Shown here: piece by piece, positions 1 to 7,331 of the stretch
Numbering within the stretch: the first letter of the stretch is position 1
How the letters are laid out: every line of letters starts with the position of its first letter
Source: Candidatus Sericytochromatia bacterium
GTDB taxonomy: Bacteria > Cyanobacteriota > Sericytochromatia > UBA7694
Length of the DNA: 64,000 bases
Assembly (NCBI GenBank): GCA_018780035.1
Contig: JADMKE010000021.1
Location: 27,844 to 91,843 of the forward strand
Direction: 5' to 3'
Made by a program: the position numbers and the translations under genes
Notes under the pieces: model-generated
The model's input: the letters and a program-made list of their open reading frames with translations, nothing else
The model's database searches: none
Told to the model about the DNA's origin: nothing

Positions 1-494
1 TCCAAAAGGAACTGGCCAATTATCCCGCCAAACTCAGCGATAAGAAACAGATTTTGGTACTCAACAAATCAGATCTCAAGCTGCCTGAAGAAGTCGAAGA
101 GTTAAAACAGATCTTTGAAAAGCTCACAGGTGAGCCGGTACAGGTCATTTCAGCCGCAACCCAGCAGGGTACCCAGGTACTTATTCGCACAATCCAACAA
201 CAGTTGGCACTCTTTCCACCGATTCCCGAAAGTGAATTGGAGGTACCCGAATCCTTACCGCGTCCAGATAAGGACTTCAGTCAATTTGAAGTCTTCCTCG
301 ATAAAGAAATTTATGTGGTGGAAAGTGAAGCATTGGAACGCCTCTTAAATCTCTCAGATCTTCAGGATTCCCGTGCCCTACAGCGTTTTCACAAACAAAT
401 GGAAAAAATGGGTGTGATCGACGCTCTCAAAGAGGCGGGCGCCTCTTCGGGTGATACCGTCAGGATTGGCTGGTTAGAATTTGACTATCTCTAG
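1..494 (+). CDS. obg: GTPase Obg/CgtA, C-terminal part (gene starts upstream of window)
   Basis: The reading frame is open from the window edge. NKSD (G4 motif) lies at the start, and the C-terminal OCT/TGS-like tail ends ...RIGWLEFDYL, typical of Obg. The listed ORF start at 54 is an internal TTG. Confidence 0.8.
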   Translation, partial: QKELANYPAKLSDKKQILVLNKSDLKLPEEVEELKQIFEKLTGEPVQVISAATQQGTQVLIRTIQQQLALFPPIPESELEVPESLPRPDKDFSQFEVFLDKEIYVVESEALERLLNLSDLQDSRALQRFHKQMEKMGVIDALKEAGASSGDTVRIGWLEFDYL

Positions 495-509
495 AAAGGG
501 TCTTGATGG

Positions 510-2228
510 GTGAGTACAGGGCCACTCAGAACCGTTAACTCGCGTGTCGGTCTGCTTATGGCCTCCTGGAATCAGGCGGATTCATTGTCTAAATCCCTGG
601 GCTCACTTTTGAGCCAAACCCATGACCTTTTTACCATCACCTTGGTGGTGGATAGTCAGGATCAGGCCACAGCGGAGGTCTTAAAGTACCAAAAAGATCC
701 CCGCATCAAAATTGTCGAAACCCAACAGCCACAGCATTTTATTGCAGCTTTAAATTTGGCCATGCAGCACAGCAAACCTGCGACGTTTTATGCGGTGGTC
801 TATGCCAATTATTTTTATGCACCCACATTTTTAACGGCGATGCTCATGACAGTCTTGCGCAACCCCACCTCTGGGGGCTCCTTTTGCGGCAACCATCAGG
901 GAGCCTCAAACGCCCATCATCCCTTTCACTCGGAACCCAATTACCGTTATACCGAATTGCTGTCTCGCAATTTTTTGGGTCCTGGGGTGCTGTTTCGCTT
1001 AGACACCTTCAAACAAGCGGGCGGGCTGTTTTTGTCTGAGAAACAAGGCATTTGGGAAACCTGGAAACGCATGGCCAAACTCAAACCCTTTGTCCAAAAT
1101 CCAGATATCTTGCTCCGGCGCATCGCTCCCTCCCATTATGAATTCCCAAGCGAGCCCTATACCTTGGTCCCCGAAAAAGATATTTTGCCCAGTCTCAAAC
1201 TGCGCTGCCTGATTCTGGATCGCAGCAGCATAGATCCTGAGTTTTTGCGTCTGCTGCGCGGCGCCGGTCATGAGATTTTGAACAGTCTCCCCGCTGAAGG
1301 GGTACTGGATCTGATTGTCTTGGGCAGTTTATTGCAATTGGATCAGGCCTGCCGCCTCGCAAAGCAACACTTTCTGCCCGTTTTATTTATCACCGACCAG
1401 GACAGCGACCTGGCCCAGATTTATTATCAACACCCACCGCTGATTCGTGGCTTCTCATTTGCGACCTCCTCCAAACAGATCATTCAACGTCTGATTCAGA
1501 TCGACCAACAAGAAGCCGTGACCTATTTTACAGGCATGCGGCCACTGGATTTTAACCGCCAATTGAGCAAAATTCCGCTCTTGCTCAGCCGCTTTCGCAC
1601 CACCTTATTGGTGAGATGTTATACCAACCCCCTCTATTTACAAAATACCCTCGATTGGCTGATGCGACTCAGCCATCCCGAAGATTGGGGAGATCTGCTG
1701 ATCATTTGCCCAGAAGCCCCGCCAGATACAATTAAATGGCTCAAGAACCAACCGTATACATGGTATGCCCCACAATCACAAACCTATTTCCCAGAACTTT
1801 TGCATTTGCTCAAACAAATGCGCAGCAGCCTGGTCTTGGGCATCGATGCAGGGGTACTGGTCCCACCAGAATGGTTCTTAAAAACCCTGCCCTATTTAAG
1901 TGACCCCCATGTGGGAATGGTGTCCACCCTTTTACACAACTCCGAAATTCCCGCTCAGCATTTGCCCTTTAAAGTGCAATCGATGCCACAGGTGGAGCAA
2001 AGCTGGAAACACTACACAGAGAAAGTACCCCATATTCGCCAAGAATCTTTGCCCTTGCTCTCTGATGGACTATTTCTCATGCGCAAACATGTACTGGAAC
2101 GGGTCTTAATTGCTGGCCCGAAAGTTTTGCCCTTGGGCTATCCAGCCAGTATTGCCCATCTGCTCGCGCAGCTGAAGTACCCCCGCCTGATGACCCGCGA
2201 CTCAATGGCTTTTAATCTGTTGATGTGA
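510..2228 (+). CDS. putative glycosyltransferase-like protein with two tandem GT-A/GT2-like regions
   Basis: 572-aa ORF with a GTG start 4 nt after a plausible RBS. The N-terminal region ITLVVDSQDQATAEVL...RIKIV resembles the GT2 DXD region, but it is degenerate (DSQD instead of DDGS). A second similar block lies in the C-terminal half. Confidence 0.45.
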   Translation: MSTGPLRTVNSRVGLLMASWNQADSLSKSLGSLLSQTHDLFTITLVVDSQDQATAEVLKYQKDPRIKIVETQQPQHFIAALNLAMQHSKPATFYAVVYANYFYAPTFLTAMLMTVLRNPTSGGSFCGNHQGASNAHHPFHSEPNYRYTELLSRNFLGPGVLFRLDTFKQAGGLFLSEKQGIWETWKRMAKLKPFVQNPDILLRRIAPSHYEFPSEPYTLVPEKDILPSLKLRCLILDRSSIDPEFLRLLRGAGHEILNSLPAEGVLDLIVLGSLLQLDQACRLAKQHFLPVLFITDQDSDLAQIYYQHPPLIRGFSFATSSKQIIQRLIQIDQQEAVTYFTGMRPLDFNRQLSKIPLLLSRFRTTLLVRCYTNPLYLQNTLDWLMRLSHPEDWGDLLIICPEAPPDTIKWLKNQPYTWYAPQSQTYFPELLHLLKQMRSSLVLGIDAGVLVPPEWFLKTLPYLSDPHVGMVSTLLHNSEIPAQHLPFKVQSMPQVEQSWKHYTEKVPHIRQESLPLLSDGLFLMRKHVLERVLIAGPKVLPLGYPASIAHLLAQLKYPRLMTRDSMAFNLLM

Positions 2229-2350
2229 GGCTTCAAACGCCCGATTGACAGCATCATGCTGCGAAAAGGGCCTGGCCTACGGCAAAAAAGAAAAAAGGCG
2301 GGTCATAATGCCCGCCCAATAGCGTAGAGTAGAGAATCAAAAAACTTTGT

Positions 2351-3697
2351 TTAGTAGCGACGCCCCTGAGTAGCTGTTTGGGGAGCAGGTGCGTAAGCGG
2401 CACCTTGTTGCGTCGCGTAAGTGCCATAGGCAGGAGCGGTTCCATAACCGGGGGTTGTGCCGTAACCACCGCCATAAGCGGGGGTTGTACCATAACCGGG
2501 AGTAGTTCCGTAGCCACCCCCATAAGCGGGAGCCGTGCCGTAACCGGGGGTGGTACCATAACCACCGCCATAACCAGGGGTCGTACCGTAACCGGGAGTA
2601 GTGCCGTAACCACCGCCATAAGCAGGGGCCGTACCATAACCAGGGGTGGCATAAGGATCACTGCCGGGAATGCCCATGCCGCTGCCGTTGGGAGGGCCAA
2701 ATTTGAGAATTTTGCTGTCTTTATTGCTGGTACCAAAGTCTGAAATATAGACATTGCCAGATTCATCAATGGCGATGCTGGTGGGCTGTGCTGCATTGTG
2801 GGCAAAGCTGGAGAGCAATTGGCCATTCATGCTGAAGCGTTTGATTCCACCCTGTTCGAGCACATAAATATCACCGGTACGGCCATCACCCGCTACGTCA
2901 AGCGGATTGACCAAACCCTGCATAATCACATCACGGGGCATGCCATTCAGATCCAAAACACCGATACGGCCATTGGCGATGAAAAAGACCTCACCACGGC
3001 TGTTGGCACCGATGCCAGCCAGCGCGGGAATCCCATTCATGGGAGCACGGGCCATACCGCTCATATCACTGCGTTCGAGCATGCCGTTGGCCGCCACGAA
3101 AATACCATTATTGCTACCAGCCAGGTCCATCCCGCCGGTGCCTTTGAGTTCTTTGATATTGCCGCCAGAAGCACTCAATGAGTACATGCCTTTGTTGGCA
3201 TCCAGGGCGAAGAGATTGCCACCGGCCAGGGCCACACCCTGCAAGGTGTCATACATTTTGTGGCTCAGACCCAGGAGGCTGGAGCCCAGATTTTTCCAAT
3301 TTTTGCCAGTATTGGCGTCCATTTTGACGATGGTGCCTTTTTTGGAGAGGCCACGGGTATCCACGGCGGCGATATAAATGCTGCCACCGCTGACGGCGAT
3401 GCCACGACCTTGCCATTCATTTAAGAAAGAATCTTGATCGACTTCGTATTGACCCAGACTGGGGTTGGCCACTTGGCTGGGTTGGGTTGGCATATTGCCA
3501 ACAGGGTATTGATCTGTGGGATAGGTAGCGGGGGGAGTCATGGGAGCGGTGTCTACAGGGGGCAATGGGTTGATCGAAGGAGGTTGGGTGGGCAGCACGT
3601 CGGGAGTCACGCCGGGAGCGCGGCCACCACAGGCGGTGAGGCTCAAACTGGCCAGCAAAAGGGTAATTGTAAATGCTGACTTCTGACTCCGTTTCAT
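2351..3697 (-). CDS. NHL-repeat beta-propeller lipoprotein with C-terminal Gly/Tyr/Thr/Pro-rich repeat tail
   Basis: The N-terminus MKRSQKSAFTITLLLASLSLTACGG is a lipoprotein signal with an LTAC lipobox. An AGGAGA RBS is upstream. A Pro-rich linker follows, then repeated G-x-IYV/a-D...G motifs typical of NHL propellers. The C-terminus is about 3.5 copies of GGYGTTPGYGTAPAYG. Confidence 0.7.
   Translation of the reverse strand: MKRSQKSAFTITLLLASLSLTACGGRAPGVTPDVLPTQPPSINPLPPVDTAPMTPPATYPTDQYPVGNMPTQPSQVANPSLGQYEVDQDSFLNEWQGRGIAVSGGSIYIAAVDTRGLSKKGTIVKMDANTGKNWKNLGSSLLGLSHKMYDTLQGVALAGGNLFALDANKGMYSLSASGGNIKELKGTGGMDLAGSNNGIFVAANGMLERSDMSGMARAPMNGIPALAGIGANSRGEVFFIANGRIGVLDLNGMPRDVIMQGLVNPLDVAGDGRTGDIYVLEQGGIKRFSMNGQLLSSFAHNAAQPTSIAIDESGNVYISDFGTSNKDSKILKFGPPNGSGMGIPGSDPYATPGYGTAPAYGGGYGTTPGYGTTPGYGGGYGTTPGYGTAPAYGGGYGTTPGYGTTPAYGGGYGTTPGYGTAPAYGTYATQQGAAYAPAPQTATQGRRY
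2400..2650. repeat. 48-nt (16-codon) imperfect tandem repeats encoding the GYGTTPGYGTAPAYGG tail
   Basis: Direct inspection shows recurring ccataaccgggggt.../ccgtaaccaccgccataagc... units. Out-of-frame shadow ORFs (2254..2826, 2378..2743) are created by this repeat. Confidence 0.7.
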
Positions 3698-3839
3698 ACT
3701 CTTCTCTCCTCTTTTTTGAACTCGCTACATCTTGATAGTCTACTTATCCTTGAGAGCCGTTCAAGACTTGCGCCTTCGCATTTAAGAAGAGATTAAGTTA
3801 AACTGAATTTTGAGTTAATGTTTAAGATCCCCAGAATGT

Positions 3840-4751
3840 TCAACAATTCTCAAGCTCACAGGCTTCGGAGGGAGCTTCCAACTCCAGGGTGAGGTGATCA
3901 ATTCCGCGTTTTTGGGCCAGGGCCTTGATGGTCTGTTTAAGCGCCAAATTGTCAGCGGTCAAGCCCAGATCTTGTACCACCACATGTAAGGTCAGGATGT
4001 TGAATTCTCCGTCGAGAGACCAAGAGTGTAAATCGTGAACAGAGAGCACACCTGCCAAGGCCTGAATTTCTTGCTGCAAACCCTCCAGATCGACATTTTC
4101 GGGAATCATCTGCAATAAAATACCGAGATTCTGATAGAGGCCGCGCAGGGCATTCCAACTCACCCATGTGGCAATACCCAGAGCCAAGAGACTATCGAGC
4201 AGATACCAATGGGTGAAATACATCACCACTCCCCCGATCAAAACAGCCGCCCAGCCCATCACGTCTTCGAGCAAATGCAATATCACCACGCGCTCATTGG
4301 CCGAACGGCCTCCGCGCAGACGCCAAACGGCAAAGCCATTGACCGACAGCCCGACCAAAGCCAGCAGAATAATACCCGGCGTTTGCAAAGGTGTTGGGGT
4401 CTGCCAAAGCCGGGGCAGGGTTTCACGCAGAATTAACAGCGAACCACCGACCAGGATCACGCCATTGATCACCGCTGCCAAAAGCGAAAAACGCCGGTAG
4501 CCGTAGCTAAAATGCCGATCGCGCTTTTTGCCCGATAATTTGTGAAAGTACCAGGCCAGCCCAAGCGCCAAACAATCGCCAAAATCGTGAAGGGCATCGG
4601 CCAAAATGGCCATGCTGTTAAGAAAAAAACCACCCCCAATTTCCAGCAGGGCAAAGCCCAAATTGAGCCAGAAAACCAGGCCCAAGCGCTGACTTGCATC
4701 GTGGGAATGGCCGTGCCCATGGGAATGGCCATGGTGTGAGTGTTGGTGCAT
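3840..4751 (-). CDS. cation diffusion facilitator (CDF) family divalent-metal efflux transporter
   Basis: His-rich N-terminus MHQHSHHGHSHGHGHSHD, six predicted TM helices, and the conserved CDF core (LADALHDFGD...). A GGAGG RBS is upstream. Confidence 0.85.
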   Translation of the reverse strand: MHQHSHHGHSHGHGHSHDASQRLGLVFWLNLGFALLEIGGGFFLNSMAILADALHDFGDCLALGLAWYFHKLSGKKRDRHFSYGYRRFSLLAAVINGVILVGGSLLILRETLPRLWQTPTPLQTPGIILLALVGLSVNGFAVWRLRGGRSANERVVILHLLEDVMGWAAVLIGGVVMYFTHWYLLDSLLALGIATWVSWNALRGLYQNLGILLQMIPENVDLEGLQQEIQALAGVLSVHDLHSWSLDGEFNILTLHVVVQDLGLTADNLALKQTIKALAQKRGIDHLTLELEAPSEACELENC

Positions 4752-5042
4752 GCGGGTTTCTCCTGCCTCCAGTATATCTGTCAGCTCGTGACCAGGGATA
4801 GATCAATGCCCGATCTGCGCAATTTCGCAAACAATGCAATTAACACTTTGATAACATACGCTTTTTTAACAAAAACAATCAAAAATAGGCATAAAACAAT
4901 AAATATAGCTTGTCCAAATATTCAAAAAGAGTTAAGTTAGATATGTGATTCGGAAATGAATGACTCAATCATAAAAATTAAGATATTCAAATCAGATGAA
5001 ACTAACAACATTATTATTAAATATTTAAAGGAGAGTCAAAAA

Positions 5043-5429
5043 ATGGCTTCAAATAATCAAATTATCGTAATTGGTCGTGTCGGAAATGCTGTCGCAGAGG
5101 AGATCAAACATCTCGCCAGCGGTAGCACCGTGGCAGAAATTCGCTTGGCTGTGCCCCGCCATGGCAAAGCGGAAGGGCAAGAAGTGACCGATTGGATTGC
5201 CTGCAAATTCTGGGATCGTCAGGCAGAGATCTTGTCGGACTACGTGAATAAAGGCGATTTGCTCAGCGTCACAGGCGCATTGCGGGTCGATCATTGGGAA
5301 ACCCCAGAAGGCAATCGCCGTCAGCGCTATTATATCCAAGCAGAAAACTTTCAAATGCTCGGTGGCCGCCGCCGCCCCAAAATGGAAGAAAAAATGGAAA
5401 AATCAGAAAGAGAGTTGGTTGCTGCATAA
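5043..5429 (+). CDS. ssb: single-stranded DNA-binding protein
   Basis: MASNNQIIVIGRVGN... is an OB-fold SSB N-terminus. The ATG at 5043 is preceded by AAAGGAGAG. The longer ORF from 4956 has an AT-rich, unconserved extension. The C-terminal tail is acidic/charged. Confidence 0.8.
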   Translation: MASNNQIIVIGRVGNAVAEEIKHLASGSTVAEIRLAVPRHGKAEGQEVTDWIACKFWDRQAEILSDYVNKGDLLSVTGALRVDHWETPEGNRRQRYYIQAENFQMLGGRRRPKMEEKMEKSERELVAA

Positions 5430-5635
5430 ATTTTACTAAACAGTAATAAATTCGGGAACAAAAACGTCCTGAATCCCGCCTTCTAAAACTGAGCCTGTTT
5501 GATCCTCGGCAGGCTCAGTCTGACACCGCAACAGCCTCCGGGTTGGTACGGTCACACCTCCTCTCCCGCATGGGTCCATCCCCTGTGGGATTTTTCTTTG
5601 GGGGGATTTTTTTGGCTCAAAGTGTGAAGCAAAAT

Positions 5636-6262
5636 TTAATAGGCAATGCCCACCCTTTGCCGCATAAACTGCCGGGCCAGGATCTCTTTCAAAATAAAAT
5701 CTGCCACGTCTTCAACAAAGATCTGTTGCCCACCTTCGGGAAAATAATCGCCTAAAACCCGGTACTGTCCCGTGCGCACCCGCTCAGGCATGGTCGGCGG
5801 GCAGATCATTGTCCATTCGCGATCACTGGCTTTTAAGAGTTCATAGACCCGCAGATAATCTTCGCTGATCGCCTTAAAAAAAGGCGGAAAGCCAGGACTT
5901 TCCATTTTGAAGCGGTCGGGAGTCTCTTGTAAAATACCCGCTCCGCCCACAGCCAAGATACGCGGAACCTGAAAACGCACCATGGCGTCGAGCATGAACA
6001 AGACCGCGTCCGACATCAGAGTAATGGGCGGTTTGAGATTGTTTACCCCCAAACAGGAAATGATCAGGTCTTTGCCTGGTACTGCATTTTCAATCGCCTC
6101 GGGATCTTCGGCATCGCCCTGAATAAGCTGTAATTGGGGGTGCTGAAAAGGCAGACGCGCAGGATTGCGCAAAAAGCCAAACATCTCGTGACCCTCTTGC
6201 AATCCATATTCCAGAATTTTACGTCCGAGACGGCCAGTGGAGCCAAACACCAAAATTTTCAA
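5636..6262 (-). CDS. NAD(P)-binding oxidoreductase, atypical SDR/NmrA-like
   Basis: MKILVFGSTGRLGRKILE matches the GxxGxxG Rossmann motif of NmrA/SDR-a family proteins. Confidence 0.7.
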   Translation of the reverse strand: MKILVFGSTGRLGRKILEYGLQEGHEMFGFLRNPARLPFQHPQLQLIQGDAEDPEAIENAVPGKDLIISCLGVNNLKPPITLMSDAVLFMLDAMVRFQVPRILAVGGAGILQETPDRFKMESPGFPPFFKAISEDYLRVYELLKASDREWTMICPPTMPERVRTGQYRVLGDYFPEGGQQIFVEDVADFILKEILARQFMRQRVGIAY

Positions 6263-6463
6263 AATCCAGCCCCTTCCTGTAAAGAAACTAAGAAAATCTT
6301 AACACAGGCAAAGCCATTGGCAATTTCAAAACCTGTTCTTAAGCTAACGTTCCCTTTAGAAGGTTAAGTTTTGGCAAAAGAATTGTTTTGTTTGTTTTAG
6401 GTCAGGTATCTTTTCTGGGGTTTGTCTGGATACACTGCTTAACTTTCCCAAGGAGTTTTGCTC

Positions 6464-7312
6464 ATGTCTTATCCCGCTGTATCTGATCGCTCAAGCCTGA
6501 TTCAGACCCCCGAAAAACCCATTTTCCTGCCTCAACTCAAGGTGCCTTTAGGAACATCCACAGGGACTTCTTCCAGTTCTTCCCCGGCTCCTTTTTCCTC
6601 CCCCCAGGATCTCTTTCTGCCAGGAACAGCACAAACTACAGCACAGGCAAAAACGCCAAAAGCCTCAGCAGCTCCCCTTCAAGCCTTCGTCGATGATACG
6701 CTTGAATCCCCTTCTTTGGCAGCAATTCGCCAGGGAAAAATCATGGACCTTGGCCAGAGCGGCACCAGTGTCAAAGAAATTCAAAAGATGTTGAGCAAAG
6801 CCGGATTTGGTGTCGCGCCAAGTGGCAACTTTGGTCCCACCACCCAAGGCCAAGTCAAAGCCTTTCAAAAGTGCTGGAAGATTTCGGAAACCGGCCAAGT
6901 CGGACCCACCACATTGAAAATACTGGAACAGGCCCAAGATGGCAGCAGCCCCCTGGCCAAAGCCATGGCCCAAAGTGCCAGAGCAATCGCCAATGCCAGA
7001 GGCACCACCGGCCAATGTTATAACGCTGTGGCCGAAGCAATTGAAAACAATTTGCCTCCTTTTCTCTGGGGCATGCATGCCTATATGGCCGCCGATCAAC
7101 TGGCCGCCCACCCCCGTTTTCGCGAAATCCCCGTTCCGGCAGACATGAATAAATTGCCCATCGGTGCAATTGTGGTCTGGGGCCAGGGCCAAAGTGAAAG
7201 TGGCCATATCTCTGTCCATCTTGGCCAGGGGCTCGAAGCAAGTGATCATATTGCCGCGCAAATGCAGTCCCATTATGGCGGTGGCTCAGCGCGGGTCTTT
7301 GTGGCCCGTTAA
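6464..7312 (+). CDS. putative cell-wall hydrolase: peptidoglycan-binding domain plus CHAP/NlpC-like Cys-His peptidase domain
   Basis: An AAGGAG RBS sits 8 nt before the ATG at 6464. The central region ...VKEIQKMLSKAGFGVAPSGNFGPTTQGQVKAFQK is PG_binding_1-like. The C-terminus has Cys (GQCYNAV) and His (SGHISVHLG), typical of CHAP amidases. The N-terminus is Ser/Pro-rich with no signal peptide. Confidence 0.55.
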   Translation: MSYPAVSDRSSLIQTPEKPIFLPQLKVPLGTSTGTSSSSSPAPFSSPQDLFLPGTAQTTAQAKTPKASAAPLQAFVDDTLESPSLAAIRQGKIMDLGQSGTSVKEIQKMLSKAGFGVAPSGNFGPTTQGQVKAFQKCWKISETGQVGPTTLKILEQAQDGSSPLAKAMAQSARAIANARGTTGQCYNAVAEAIENNLPPFLWGMHAYMAADQLAAHPRFREIPVPADMNKLPIGAIVVWGQGQSESGHISVHLGQGLEASDHIAAQMQSHYGGGSARVFVAR

Positions 7313-7331
7313 GCAATCAACGGCCTAACGG

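Noticed and set aside
2400-2650. Possible CRISPR array suggested by regular repeats (also 23990..24200 and 34059..34172)
   Set aside because: The repeats are in-frame inside long ORFs (Gly/Tyr tail, NEEL coiled coil, Q/N-rich duplication). They have no unique spacers of constant length and no cas genes nearby.
2254-2826. 190-aa and 121-aa ORFs (2254..2826 -, 2378..2743 +) overlapping the NHL lipoprotein gene
   Set aside because: These are alternative-frame or antisense read-throughs of the 48-nt coding repeat (Pro/Ala/Val- or Gly/Thr-rich translations). They have no RBS and are fully nested in a gene with a clear lipobox and domain structure.
5583-5625. Hairpin ATCCCC...GGGGAT followed by T7 after ssb as a terminator
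   Set aside because: The loop is about 19 nt, too large for a canonical intrinsic terminator. The sequence may still function, but I could not support it confidently.
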